Shown here piece after piece: positions 48,822 through 59,179 of a stretch of 64,000 nt of DNA (positions are counted from its first letter, which is position 1; the number at the start of each line of letters is the position of its first letter). Source of the stretch: an uncultured Lachnotalea sp. Lineage in GTDB: Bacteria > Bacillota > Clostridia > Lachnospirales > Lachnospiraceae. The notes below the pieces were generated by a model. That model searched no databases and was not told where the DNA came from. It worked only from the letters and a program-made list of their open reading frames with translations. The position numbers were made by a program, and so were the translations under genes. Location of the stretch: the NCBI GenBank assembly GCA_948470255.1, contig CAOKOS010000005.1, positions 2,444 through 66,443 on the forward strand, written 5' to 3'.

Positions 48822-49454
48822 TTACTTTGAATTTACATAGCTGGATAATGTTGTGATAAAGAGTGCTGCAACTACAGAACCAGGATCCAGGATCTGTCTG
48901 GAATCTTCCCCACGGCGGGCTGCCCGTCCCCAGCAGGCCAGCATTCCCACTGTGGACGCAGAGCCTGCCTGAGCAGCCTCAGCGGCTTTTCTCAATTCTA
49001 TGCCGACGTTGTCTTCCGAAACATTTGCAAGCATAATCTGTACTGCCGGGTTAAAGCCGTCCAAAAATGTTTTTTCTCCGACTTTCGCCTTCCCCCTGTG
49101 GATGACTCCGTTCTGGAAAGCTTCCAGAAATGTACCGATTTCACAGCCGGTTATTTCCGTTTTCCCTTTAAATGTCTTTCCGGCTTCCATGAAACCGGAA
49201 GAGATCAGTGTCCCCAGGCTGGAAGAAGCAGAAATGTTCATAGTCTTCCCTGCATTATACAACAATATTCCAATATCTTCAATAGACGAATTGGCGACCT
49301 GCTCTTTCATGGCGCCGAATCCATCCGACATGGAAAGACCAAGGTCGCCGTCGCCGCCAACCTGATCCAGCTTGATTAAATATTCTTTGTTTTTGTCCAT
49401 GATGTTGGACCATTCTTGAAACAGGCGTTTGAAATCTTCTGCGTTAAATACCAT
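48822..49454 (-). CDS. dhaL: Dihydroxyacetone kinase L subunit-like
   Basis: LD...GDGDLG..M..GF, RGKA.VGEKTFLD, GRA, DPG. Confidence 0.9.
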   Translation of the reverse strand: MVFNAEDFKRLFQEWSNIMDKNKEYLIKLDQVGGDGDLGLSMSDGFGAMKEQVANSSIEDIGILLYNAGKTMNISASSSLGTLISSGFMEAGKTFKGKTEITGCEIGTFLEAFQNGVIHRGKAKVGEKTFLDGFNPAVQIMLANVSEDNVGIELRKAAEAAQAGSASTVGMLACWGRAARRGEDSRQILDPGSVVAALFITTLSSYVNSK

Positions 49455-49530
49455 AATCCAGTTCTCCCCTAATATGTGATGTGGTTTTTATGATGATTCT
49501 GTAACAATTATCCCCGGCAGGCTTTGGCCG

Positions 49531-50529
49531 TCAAAGCTGCGGCTGGACAAAAAACGGAGTGGTGGCTGGTTTTGACAATAAAGGTTTCAGCTCGTCATCC
49601 AGCTTAAATAATGAAATAGACATTCCAGCCATCTCCATGGAGGTTGCAAATTCACCTGTATACACATGATAAATCTTGATTTTTCTGTTTGTCAAGATGG
49701 CATGGACTCTTTTGAAAGCGATATACTGTTCTTCCATGGGGGTGGAACCCAGTCCGTTCATCAGTATGGCCACTTCATCACCTGGTTCCAGTTTTAAGTC
49801 ATCCAGGATGGGGTTCATCATCTCGTCCACGATTTCTTCAGCCGTGTTTAACTGACCACGGCGAATCCCTGCTTCCCCATGGATACCCATTCCGATCTCC
49901 ATCTCATTTTCCCCCAGTTCAAAGCTGGGCTTTCCTACTCTTGGGATGGTACAGGGGGAGAGGGCGACGCCCATGGTACGTACGTTGTCGGCCGCCTTTT
50001 GGGCAATGCGGGTCACTTCCTCAAGACTTAACATTTGATCGGCGGCAGCGCCAGCCACTTTGTATACGAAAAAGATCCCGGCCACGCCTCTGCGGTTGTT
50101 GACATCGGCCGTAGAAACATCATCTCTGCCGATGACGGAATTTACCTTTATATTATTTTCAAAGTCAGCCATTTCCGCTGACATTTCAAAATTCATTTTG
50201 TCGCCGTCATAATTACCGTAAATATAGAGGACTCCGGCGCCGGAATCAACTGCTTTCGTGACAGCCAGCATCTGCTGGGCGCTGGAAGACTGGAAAACAT
50301 CACCGATGCTGCATCCATCCAGCATACCTTCGCCCACATATCCTAAGAAGAGGGGGAGGTGCCCGCTGCCGCCTCCTGTGGCAAGCCCGACTTTCCCTTT
50401 CTTGATATTTTTCTTAACGAGGGCATGCATATCATTTTCAACGTAAGTCAGCATGTCCGGGTGGGCAAGATAAATTCCTGACAGCATGTCGTTTACAAAG
50501 GTGTTTGGAGAATTAATAATTTTTTTCAT
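49531..50529 (-). CDS. dhaK: Dihydroxyacetone kinase K subunit-like
   Basis: MKKIIN, GGGSGHLP, NYDGD.MNF, RRGVAG, GMGIHGEAG, NGLGSTP. Confidence 0.92.
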   Translation of the reverse strand: MKKIINSPNTFVNDMLSGIYLAHPDMLTYVENDMHALVKKNIKKGKVGLATGGGSGHLPLFLGYVGEGMLDGCSIGDVFQSSSAQQMLAVTKAVDSGAGVLYIYGNYDGDKMNFEMSAEMADFENNIKVNSVIGRDDVSTADVNNRRGVAGIFFVYKVAGAAADQMLSLEEVTRIAQKAADNVRTMGVALSPCTIPRVGKPSFELGENEMEIGMGIHGEAGIRRGQLNTAEEIVDEMMNPILDDLKLEPGDEVAILMNGLGSTPMEEQYIAFKRVHAILTNRKIKIYHVYTGEFATSMEMAGMSISLFKLDDELKPLLSKPATTPFFVQPQL

Positions 50530-50557
50530 GGTCCCTCCTGCCTGATCAGTTGAATAA

Positions 50558-51601
50558 TCACTGATACGTATTAAGTTCTTTTTCTATGGTTTTTATGGTG
50601 TAGTCAATGTCGGAACGCGAAATATCATTGTGGACGGCAAAACGGAAATCCCTGCCGGAAGCCCCGCTGATCTTTATGCCGCTTTTTAACATTTGTGCCG
50701 GGAGGTTTTCTAAAAATCCGGCAGGTACATTTTCCCAGCGGAAGAATACAAGATTAATATCTGCCCGCGACTGGTCTACAGTGACTCCGGGGAAGGATTC
50801 CAGCCTGCTGCTTAAATATCTGGCGTTTTCGTGGTCTTCCTTCAGGCGCTTTGTCATTTTTTCAAGGGCGATAATGCCGGCGGCGGCCAAAACCCCGCTC
50901 TGGGACATCCCTCCGCCCAGCATATGGCGGTATCTCCTGGCTTTTTCAATAAAATCTGCAGATCCCACCAATACACCGCCCACAGGGGCGCATAACCCTT
51001 TTGACAGATGGATTGCCAGGGAATCGGTATACCTGGCGATTTCTTTGATGTCAACTCCCAGGGCTGTGGCCGCGTTGAATACTCTGGCGCCGTCGGTATG
51101 GACATTGAGGCCATGGTTTTTTGCCGTGTCGTAAGCTTCTTTCATCATGTTTAAAGGTACGACGGAACCTCTGCCCAAAGCATTTTCCAGGCAGACAAGG
51201 CTGGTCCTTGGAACATGGATGTCTTCGGGATAGGGGCGGATGGCTTGTTCAATGTCTTCTCCCCTTAAAATACTGTCCGGTGAATGGATGACCCGGTATC
51301 CAACGGAAGAGAGGACAGAAGCGGCCCCCACTTCAAATTCCAGGATATGGGAATCGTAGCTTAAGATGATTTCTTCTCCCCGGTTTGTCCAGGACAGTAC
51401 GGAGAGCTGGTTTCCCATGGTGCCGGTGGGGATGAGAAGGCCGGCTTCTTTTCCCGTCCTCTCTGCCGTCATCTCTTCCAGGCGGTTTACGGTGGGGTCA
51501 TCCCGGAATACGTCGTAACCGACATCGGCGAAACGCATGGCTTCCCGCATTTCTTCCGTCGGCTGTGTTACGCTGTCACTGCGAAAATCAATATAGCCCA
51601 T
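50558..51601 (-). CDS. ltaE: Low-specificity L-threonine aldolase-like PLP enzyme
   Basis: DFRSD, DPTV..LE, PTGTMGNQ, HTDGARVFNA, LSKGLCAPVG. Confidence 0.9.
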   Translation of the reverse strand: MGYIDFRSDSVTQPTEEMREAMRFADVGYDVFRDDPTVNRLEEMTAERTGKEAGLLIPTGTMGNQLSVLSWTNRGEEIILSYDSHILEFEVGAASVLSSVGYRVIHSPDSILRGEDIEQAIRPYPEDIHVPRTSLVCLENALGRGSVVPLNMMKEAYDTAKNHGLNVHTDGARVFNAATALGVDIKEIARYTDSLAIHLSKGLCAPVGGVLVGSADFIEKARRYRHMLGGGMSQSGVLAAAGIIALEKMTKRLKEDHENARYLSSRLESFPGVTVDQSRADINLVFFRWENVPAGFLENLPAQMLKSGIKISGASGRDFRFAVHNDISRSDIDYTIKTIEKELNTYQ

Positions 51602-51657
51602 AGAACCCTCCTTAAATTATGGGTTAACAGTCAGTTTTATCCTCTTGTTGTAATGGA

Positions 51658-52440
51658 TTATTCCTCAATTTCAATACCGGCTGTGGTAAATAACCCTTCT
51701 TTGACAGACTCTTCCCGCTCAAGGATACTCTTTAAGAAGGTTTTTGTCCTTTCATTTTTTGGGCTGGAAAAGATCTGCCTAGGCGGGCCTTCTTCGATTA
51801 TGACGCCGCCGTCAATCATGATGACACGGTCTGCAATATCCCTGGCAAAGCTCATTTCATGGGTGACGATGACCATGGTCATCCCATCGTCGGCAAGCTG
51901 GCGGATTACCCGGAGCACTTCGCCGATCAACTCAGGATCGAGAGCAGAAGTGGGTTCGTCAAAGAGCATGTATTTCGGCTTCATTGCCAGGGCCCTGGCA
52001 ATGGCGATCCTCTGCTGCTGGCCGCCGGAAAGCTGGGGAGGATAATTATTTTTCTTATCCAGAAGCCCTACTTTTGTAAGTAGTTCGTCAATAGTCTTTT
52101 CCAGCTCTTCTTTTTCAAATCTGTGGTTGAGCTTTGGGGCCAGGGCAATATTATCGTGGACTGTCAGATGGGGGAATAAGTTGAACTGCTGGAAAACCAT
52201 GCCCAGGTTTAAACGCGCTTCTTTGATCTGTTTGGCGCTTCCCCCCATGACTTTTCCGTCGATCAGTATTTCACCGCCGTCGATGGTTTCCAGGTGGTTG
52301 ATGCTCCGGAGCATGGTGCTTTTTCCAGAGCCGCTGGGGCCGATGATGGCCACCACTTCCCCTTCTTTGACTGTCAGGTCCACCCCTTTTAATACTTCCA
52401 GTTTTCCAAAATTTTTATGGACATTTTTAAGCTCGATCAT
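51658..52440 (-). CDS. Polar amino acid ABC transporter ATP-binding protein
   Basis: [40 protein letters not shown]. Confidence 0.95.
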   Translation of the reverse strand: MIELKNVHKNFGKLEVLKGVDLTVKEGEVVAIIGPSGSGKSTMLRSINHLETIDGGEILIDGKVMGGSAKQIKEARLNLGMVFQQFNLFPHLTVHDNIALAPKLNHRFEKEELEKTIDELLTKVGLLDKKNNYPPQLSGGQQQRIAIARALAMKPKYMLFDEPTSALDPELIGEVLRVIRQLADDGMTMVIVTHEMSFARDIADRVIMIDGGVIIEEGPPRQIFSSPKNERTKTFLKSILEREESVKEGLFTTAGIEIEE

Positions 52441-53101
52441 ACCTTGCCGCCTTCCTTTCTATGACAGGGACCAGTTTTGACAACGGATAACAGATGATGA
52501 AATAACATACGCCAACCATAATATAAGTTTCAAAGGGGCGTCCGGTCTGATTCATGATACTCTGGCCGTTTCGGACAAGCTCAGAGTATCCGATGATCGA
52601 TGCCAGGGAAGTGTCTTTGATCATTCCAATGTAAAAACCAACCAGCGAAGAGAGCGCAAGCTTTATAGTCTGGGGAAGGATAATCCGAAACATGATCTGC
52701 ATGTAGTTGAGATCCAGGCTGTATCCGGCTTCCCACTGTCCCACAGAAATGGATTCAATACCGGAGCGGACGATTTCTGCAATGTAAGCGCCGCTGTAAA
52801 GTGTGAAAACTAAAAACGTTGTCAGTGATATGTCAATATTAATCCCCATATAAGGAAATCCGAAGTATACCATGAAAAGCTGAATCAGAAGGGGGCAGCC
52901 CCTTAACAATTCGACGTATACTTTGAGGATGACTCTTATGGGCTTTAAAATCCGGTTTTTTGTGGTGCTTAAAATGCCTACAACCAGGCCAAGTACCGTA
53001 CCAAAAAATACAGCGATGGCTCCCAGGCGGAGGGTCATTCCAAAAGCTTTCAGGAATAGTCCTGTATATGCGGGTACCCATGAAAAATCCAAAACTGTCA
53101 C
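52427..53101 (-). CDS. Polar amino acid ABC transporter permease
   Basis: YVELLRG.PLL.QL, AY.AEI.RSGI.S...GQWEA, KDTSL. Confidence 0.93.
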   Translation of the reverse strand: MTVLDFSWVPAYTGLFLKAFGMTLRLGAIAVFFGTVLGLVVGILSTTKNRILKPIRVILKVYVELLRGCPLLIQLFMVYFGFPYMGINIDISLTTFLVFTLYSGAYIAEIVRSGIESISVGQWEAGYSLDLNYMQIMFRIILPQTIKLALSSLVGFYIGMIKDTSLASIIGYSELVRNGQSIMNQTGRPFETYIMVGVCYFIICYPLSKLVPVIERKAARYDRA

Positions 53102-53769
53102 CTCCGTTCAATTTTTGAAGCAAACCATTTTTTGTATACCAGCCTTGTGAGAAGAAGGATCAGGGCTGTCACCGCATAATAGAACAGCATAACGAATGTG
53201 AAGATTTCCATACTTCTGAATGACTGTGAATTTAAGATCGAAGCAGTCTGGGTCAATTCCCTGACGTCCAGTATGGAAAGTACGCTGGTACCGAAAATAA
53301 GCAGTACAAGCTGGTTTGCAATGGATGGAAAGGCATCCCTGACGGCCTGAGGAAAAATGACCCGGATGAATGCATTTGTTTTGGAAAGACACAGGCTATC
53401 TGCCGCTTCCCATTGTCCTTTTGGTATGGACTGGATACCGCCCCTCATGATTTCAGAATAATAAGCTGCGCTGTTTAAGGTCAGTACCAGGACGCCTGCA
53501 GCCCAGGGTGAAAATGAAATGCCAAGCTGGGGGACACCGAAAAAGACGAAAAACAGCTGCACCAGAAGCGGGGTATTTCTCATGATCTCAACAAATATCG
53601 AGACAAGTATGTAAAGAACCTTTGGCTTTTTAGAATATCGTACAATGGAGCATAAGGTTCCAAGAAACAGTGAGGTTAAAAAACAGATCAAACTGATCTG
53701 GGCTGTCAGAAGAGCGCCTGACAGCAATTCTCCTATATGGTCAATAGGATATCTCCAATCTAAAAACAT
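53098..53769 (-). CDS. Polar amino acid ABC transporter permease
   Basis: FVEIMRNTPLLVQL, AYYSEI.RGGI.SIP.GQWEAA. Confidence 0.93.
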   Translation of the reverse strand: MFLDWRYPIDHIGELLSGALLTAQISLICFLTSLFLGTLCSIVRYSKKPKVLYILVSIFVEIMRNTPLLVQLFFVFFGVPQLGISFSPWAAGVLVLTLNSAAYYSEIMRGGIQSIPKGQWEAADSLCLSKTNAFIRVIFPQAVRDAFPSIANQLVLLIFGTSVLSILDVRELTQTASILNSQSFRSMEIFTFVMLFYYAVTALILLLTRLVYKKWFASKIERR

Positions 53770-53786
53770 TTCTTCCCCCTTATGGA

Positions 53787-53815
53787 TTGCGGCAGTTGTA
53801 AAACAACTGCCGCAA
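53787..53815 (-). other. Intercistronic hairpin after the binding-protein gene
   Basis: TTGCGGCAGTTG-N5-CAACTGCCGCAA; position typical of structures that stabilise binding-protein mRNA. Confidence 0.55.
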
Positions 53816-53870
53816 AGTAACAATCACCACGCAGCTATGCCGTGAAATATTTCATTCTGTCAGAAAATAA

Positions 53871-54707
53871 TTAATACTGAGGTTCAAAATTGGTGAAAGG
53901 TTCTGCGCCAAAGTGTTGTTTAAACAGTTCCACATTTTGGCCGGAAGCATTGAATTCAAACACAAATTCATTGATATAATCCCGCCAAATCTGGTCGCCG
54001 ATGGGAAGCATGATGGAATTATAGCTGATGGTAGCCAGGGGATCCCCGACCACTTTTACGCCGTCGGTGAGGGAAGCCTGATATTCCAGAGTATTGGAAT
54101 CTTCAGCGAAGGCAAGGCACTGTCCGTTTTTCACTGCCACGACACCGTCTGTGGGGCTTGTGTAGTATACAATTTCCAGATCTGTCCTGATGGCTTCGAT
54201 TTCCTGATCCATGGTGCCGCCTTTAGTGACGCCGATTTTGTCTCCGGCTGCCAGAGAGGTAATACTGTCAATGCTACTGTTTTCCGCAACGAGAAGTCTT
54301 TCACTGGATACGATCAATGTATCGGAGAAGGCTACTTTCTGGGCGCGTTCCAGGGTTCTGGTTGAATTTCCCATACAAAGGTCCACTTTTCCTGTTTCAA
54401 TGGATGAAATGCGGCTGTCGGAAGTGACTTCGACAAATTCTATTTCTGCGCCAAGAGAATCTGCGATCTTTTTGGCCACATCGACTTCAAACCCTTCCCA
54501 TTCGCCGTCTGCATTTACAAAAGAGCAGGGGGCGAATGCACCGATGACTCCGACGGTGATTTTTTTTGTCTGTAAAACCTTGTACAAAGTACTTTCATAT
54601 CCGCCGTATTTGCCTGACGATCCGGATGAGGCGGATTTGCTTCCGCAGGAGCACAGGCCAAGTACCATAACCAGGGCCACAAGCGCTGCTAACATTCTCT
54701 TTTTCAT
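53871..54707 (-). CDS. Amino acid ABC transporter substrate-binding lipoprotein (family 3)
   Basis: Lipobox LCSC; G.EVDVAK.IA..LG, RISS..TGKVD, RT.ER...V.FS; RBS AAAGGAGG before ATG 54707. Confidence 0.92.
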   Translation of the reverse strand: MKKRMLAALVALVMVLGLCSCGSKSASSGSSGKYGGYESTLYKVLQTKKITVGVIGAFAPCSFVNADGEWEGFEVDVAKKIADSLGAEIEFVEVTSDSRISSIETGKVDLCMGNSTRTLERAQKVAFSDTLIVSSERLLVAENSSIDSITSLAAGDKIGVTKGGTMDQEIEAIRTDLEIVYYTSPTDGVVAVKNGQCLAFAEDSNTLEYQASLTDGVKVVGDPLATISYNSIMLPIGDQIWRDYINEFVFEFNASGQNVELFKQHFGAEPFTNFEPQY

Positions 54708-55081
54708 ATAATATCCTCCTTTAAAATGTGGGCTTTGAGAATCCATTGTCTTTAAATAAAAGCGAATTAAATTTAATTGAATATTTTAATTTAATTTTAA
54801 AAGAAAAACGTCTTTTATTTTCTGGACAATCTAATTCTTATGGCTGATTATAGCATTATGCATATTTAGTGTCAAGAAATATGTAGATTTATTTTGCATT
54901 TTGTCTATAATTGACAATTTATAATTAAAAATTTTATACATAATTTTAAAGAAGATTTTAAATTTAAGTAGAGCTTTAAATAAGGGATTTAATAAAGTAA
55001 ATGCTGATTTAAAAAGCAGGATATCATTTTGAAAGGCAAAGAAGCAGAATAAACGGGCGATTCTGTCCATATATTTGTTCT

Positions 55082-56446
55082 ATGAACGGATTAAAATCTT
55101 ACCTGGACAATTTAAACAGTATCGTATGGGGACTGCCGATGATGGTACTTCTTTTCGGAGTCCATCTGCTTTTGACACTGCGCCTTCGTATGCCTCAGAG
55201 GAAACTATGGAAAGCCCTGAGACTGTCGGTGACAGAGGAGGAAGGGGATGAAGGGGGGATGAGTCCTTTTGCGGCGCTGGCTACGGCGCTGGCGGCCACC
55301 CTGGGGACAGGAAATATCATCGGAGTTTCTATGGCGGTTTCCGTGGGCGGGCCGGGAGCGGTGTTCTGGTGCTGGCTGACCGGGGTGTTCGGAATGGCGA
55401 CTAAATATGGGGAGTCCCTTCTTGCAGTCAAGTACCGGAAGCGGAATAAAAAGGGAGGCTATGTGGGGGGGCCTATGTATGTGATGGAAGAAGCACTCCG
55501 GTCAAAGTTTCTTGCCATTTTGTTTGCCGCTTTTGCTGCCTTTGCCGCCTTTGGAACTGGATGTAGCGTCCAGGCCAATGCCATAAGCAGTGTGATGGAG
55601 ACAGCATTTCATGTGAAGCCCGCCGTCACCGGGTTAGTTGTCTGTAGCCTGGCTGCGGTGGTGATCCTGGGAGGGGCGAAAAAAATCACAGGAGTCTGTG
55701 AAAAGTTAATTCCTTTTATGGCTGTTTTCTATCTGGGAGGAAGCGTCGCCCTTCTATATATCAACCGTGATTATGTGGTGCCGGCCATCCGGCTGATCAT
55801 GACGGCGGCATTTACACCCAGGGCGGCTGCCGGGGGATTTGTGGGGAGTACTGTTTTGCAGGCGGCCAGGCAGGGAATCGCCAGAGGGCTGTTCTCTGAT
55901 GAATCCGGCCTTGGGACGGCGCCCATGGCGGCCGCGGGGGCCAGGGCAAAGAACTCTGTGCGCCAGGCTCTTGTTTCTATGACAGGTACTTTTTGGGATA
56001 CAGTAGTGTTTTGCGCTGTGACAGGAATCGTCATCGTGTCTGCCATGCTCCATAAACCGGAAGTTTTTACAGGGATTTCCGGGGGTGACCTGGCGGAAGC
56101 GGCGTTTGGCATGATGAATGGGTTTGGCCATGTGATCTTTGCCGTATCACTGGTGATTTTTGCCTTTGCCACAATCCTTGGATGGAGTTTTTATGGAGAA
56201 TGTGCGGTTTCCTATTTGTTTGGAGAAGGTTCCCTGAAATATTACCGCCTCCTCTATCTGGCGGCCGTTTTCGCCGGGGCTGTAACCTCCATGGGTGTTG
56301 TCTGGGGATTTTCGGATTTACTGAACGGCCTGATGGCCGTGCCCAACTTGATCTGCCTTCTGCTTTTACAGAAAATAATTGTAAAAGAGACAGACCATTA
56401 CCTGTGGGGAGGGCATCTGGAAGAAAGAGACGGGAACCTGCCATAA
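55082..56446 (+). CDS. Alanine/glycine:cation symporter (AgcS/AlsT family)
   Basis: LAATLGTGNI.GV, GGPGAVFW, GGPMY, RGLFS.ESGLG, F.DT, LMAVPNL. Confidence 0.93.
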   Translation: MNGLKSYLDNLNSIVWGLPMMVLLFGVHLLLTLRLRMPQRKLWKALRLSVTEEEGDEGGMSPFAALATALAATLGTGNIIGVSMAVSVGGPGAVFWCWLTGVFGMATKYGESLLAVKYRKRNKKGGYVGGPMYVMEEALRSKFLAILFAAFAAFAAFGTGCSVQANAISSVMETAFHVKPAVTGLVVCSLAAVVILGGAKKITGVCEKLIPFMAVFYLGGSVALLYINRDYVVPAIRLIMTAAFTPRAAAGGFVGSTVLQAARQGIARGLFSDESGLGTAPMAAAGARAKNSVRQALVSMTGTFWDTVVFCAVTGIVIVSAMLHKPEVFTGISGGDLAEAAFGMMNGFGHVIFAVSLVIFAFATILGWSFYGECAVSYLFGEGSLKYYRLLYLAAVFAGAVTSMGVVWGFSDLLNGLMAVPNLICLLLLQKIIVKETDHYLWGGHLEERDGNLP

Positions 56447-56460
56447 AATACCGGCTCCTT

Positions 56461-56500
56461 GAGTTTCCGCATTTTTCTAAAAATAAAAATGCGGAAACTC
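56461..56500. terminator. Hairpin, probable terminator
   Basis: GAGTTTCCGCATTTTT / AAAAATGCGGAAACTC. Confidence 0.65.
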
Positions 56501-56560
56501 AGAGGAGGCTTCTGTTTACTTTTTATAGAAACCCGTATACAATGGAGATAGATTCTGGAG

Positions 56561-57940
56561 GTGCCTGATTTGGAACGGAATGATTTCTCTGTGGGTAGTG
56601 TGTGGAAGCATATTGTGGCTCTGGCAGTTCCCATGACTGTAGCCCAGCTTGTACATATGCTTTATAATATTGTGGATCGCATTTATATTGGCCATCTTCC
56701 GGGTGGTTCTGCCCTGGCCTTGACTGGGCTGGGGCTGACCTTTCCGGTGGTTACTTTGATCATGGCTTTTACCAATCTGTTTGGTATGGGAGGGACGCCG
56801 CTTTTTTCCATTGCCAGGGGGCACAGGGATACTCAGAGGGCGGAAAAGATTGTGGGAAATACTTTTTCCATGCTGTGTGTCTGCTGCTTGTTTCTGACGG
56901 TTTTCAGTTACCTGTTTTTAAAGCCGGTTTTGTATCTTTTTGGCGCCAGCGATTCCAGCTATCCTTATGCGTCGGCTTATTTGAGGATTTATCTTCTGGG
57001 GACGCCATTTGCCATGATCGGGACAGGGATGAACGGATTCATCAATGCCCAGGGTTTTGCCGGGACAGGCATGGCTACCATTTTGATTGGAGCGGCAGTG
57101 AACATTATACTGGATCCAATTTTTATTTTTGTTTTTGATATGGGGGTGTCAGGCGCCGCCCTGGCAACTGTTTTCTCCCAGTTTTTGTCAGCGGCATGGG
57201 TGGTAAAATTCCTTCTTGGGAAAAAAACGCTGTTCCGGCTTCAAAAGACATGTATGAGGCTGGAGGGAAAGCTGTTAAAGGAGATTGTAAGCCTTGGGAT
57301 GGCTGGTTTTGTAGTGTCCGCGTCCAACAGTGCGGTGCAGGTTGCCTGCAATGCCACGCTGCGTGATTTCGGCGGCGACGTCTATGTGGGGGTCATGACA
57401 ATCTTAAATTCCGTGAGGGATGTGGTAGCAATGCCCATGCAGGGCCTGACCAATGCATCCCAGCCAGTATTGGGCTTTAATTTGGGCGCCGGGGCTTACG
57501 GCAGGATAAAAAAAGGGATTGCTTTTGTGACAGTGGCGGGAGTTTCGTATATGCTGTTGGCATGGCTCATGCTGTTTCTTTTCCCGGAACAAATTATGGG
57601 GATGTTTAATTCAGATGCAGCGGTTTTGGAAAAAGGCGTACCGGCCCTGCATCTTTATTTTTTCGGATTTTTTATGATGGCTTTTCAGTTTGTGGGCCAG
57701 TCTACGTTTGTGGGTCTTGGGATGTCGAAGCAGTCTGTGTTTTTCTCCCTGTTTCGGAAAATCATGATTGTGGTGCCGTTGACATTGATTCTTCCCCATA
57801 TGGCAGGCTTTGGTGTAAATGGAGTATTTCTGGCAGAGCCGATTTCCAATTTTATCGGTGGGACCGCCAGTTTCACCACCATGCTGGTGCTGGTGGGGCG
57901 GATGATCCGCAGGAATCAGGGGATTGTTAAAGGGGTATAA
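56561..57940 (+). CDS. MATE family efflux transporter
   Basis: LYNIVDRIYIG, NIILDPIFIF.FDMGV.GAALAT, about 12 TM segments. Confidence 0.93.
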   Translation: MPDLERNDFSVGSVWKHIVALAVPMTVAQLVHMLYNIVDRIYIGHLPGGSALALTGLGLTFPVVTLIMAFTNLFGMGGTPLFSIARGHRDTQRAEKIVGNTFSMLCVCCLFLTVFSYLFLKPVLYLFGASDSSYPYASAYLRIYLLGTPFAMIGTGMNGFINAQGFAGTGMATILIGAAVNIILDPIFIFVFDMGVSGAALATVFSQFLSAAWVVKFLLGKKTLFRLQKTCMRLEGKLLKEIVSLGMAGFVVSASNSAVQVACNATLRDFGGDVYVGVMTILNSVRDVVAMPMQGLTNASQPVLGFNLGAGAYGRIKKGIAFVTVAGVSYMLLAWLMLFLFPEQIMGMFNSDAAVLEKGVPALHLYFFGFFMMAFQFVGQSTFVGLGMSKQSVFFSLFRKIMIVVPLTLILPHMAGFGVNGVFLAEPISNFIGGTASFTTMLVLVGRMIRRNQGIVKGV

Positions 57941-57994
57941 TCATGTTAGGCTGTTGGTATGAAAAATAGAAAACAACAGGAGAGGGATTCTGTT

Positions 57995-59179
57995 ATGAAA
58001 ATCGAAACAATAAAAATTAGAAATTACAGGGTATTTCAGGATGTTGTGGTAGATGATATTCCGAATATGGCGGTGTTTCTGGGGATGAACGGTGCAGGTA
58101 AAACAACTTTTTTTGATGTATTTGGTTTTTTGCACGATGCGCTCCAGACGAATATAAGGGCGTCGCTGGCCAGGCGCGGCGGTTTTGCGGAAGTGATTTC
58201 CAGGGGACAGACAGGGGATATTGAATTTGAAATTAAATTCCACCCATCCCTTGACGAGCCGCTTATCACATATCAGCTGGTAATCTGCCTGATGCCGGAT
58301 AAGAAACCAGCCATAAAAAAAGAAGTGATGCGTTTTCGGCGCGGGCAAACTGGAGCGCCATGGAAGGTTTTGGATTTTTCTTATGGAGAAGGGGTTGCCG
58401 CAGATGGGGAGCTGACAGAGTATAAGGATGTACGGCTGGCGGATAGAAGCCCTCAGAAACTGGATTCTCCGGACATCCTTGCCATTAAAGGATTAGGTCA
58501 GTTTAAAGAATTTATTGCGGTTTCCCAGCTTCGCCGGTTGATTGAGGACTGGTATGTATCGGATTTTCATATTGAAGAGGCCAGGGGTGTGAAAGACGCG
58601 GGCTATAGTGAACGTGTGTCCACATCCGGAGATAATCTTGCATTGGTGGCAAAATATATGTATGACAATCACAGGGAAGTGTTTAGAGAAATTTTAGAAG
58701 CCATGGAAAGGCGGGTTCCGGGAGTTACCAAAGTTGAGGCACAGGAAACGGAGGACGGACGGATTGTACTTCGCTTTCAGGATGGGAATTTTAAAGACCC
58801 CTTTGTATCCCGTTTTGTGTCCGATGGAACCATCAAAATGTTTACTTATCTGCTGCTTTTAAAAGACCCGGAGAAACACGCTTTATTATGTGTTGAGGAG
58901 CCGGAAAATCAATTATATCCACAGCTTTTGTTTGAGCTGGCGGAAGAATTCCGCATGTATTCTGAGGAAGGCGGCCAGGTTTTTATTTCCACTCATTCAC
59001 CGGATTTTCTTAACGCCGTTCAGTTGGACGAATTGTATTGCCTGGTGAAAAGTGAAGGCTATACAAAGATCCGCAGGGCTTCGGAGTGTGAAATTATAAA
59101 AGAACTTTATGGGGCAGGAGATTTACTGGGGCAGTTATGGCGTCAGGGACTTTTGCTGGAAGAGGTATCAGGACTATGA
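57995..59179 (+). CDS. ABC-type ATPase (AAA_15/AAA_21, OLD/AriA-like)
   Basis: I.IRNYR, Walker A GMNGAGKTT, signature SDGT, Walker B VEEPEN, STHSP; RBS AGGAG before ATG 57995. Confidence 0.88.
   Translation: MKIETIKIRNYRVFQDVVVDDIPNMAVFLGMNGAGKTTFFDVFGFLHDALQTNIRASLARRGGFAEVISRGQTGDIEFEIKFHPSLDEPLITYQLVICLMPDKKPAIKKEVMRFRRGQTGAPWKVLDFSYGEGVAADGELTEYKDVRLADRSPQKLDSPDILAIKGLGQFKEFIAVSQLRRLIEDWYVSDFHIEEARGVKDAGYSERVSTSGDNLALVAKYMYDNHREVFREILEAMERRVPGVTKVEAQETEDGRIVLRFQDGNFKDPFVSRFVSDGTIKMFTYLLLLKDPEKHALLCVEEPENQLYPQLLFELAEEFRMYSEEGGQVFISTHSPDFLNAVQLDELYCLVKSEGYTKIRRASECEIIKELYGAGDLLGQLWRQGLLLEEVSGL

Noticed and set aside
54750-55030. Specific LacI operator in the AT-rich divergent region
   Set aside because: Only weak candidates such as GAAAAACGTCTTTT; cannot be told from background by eye
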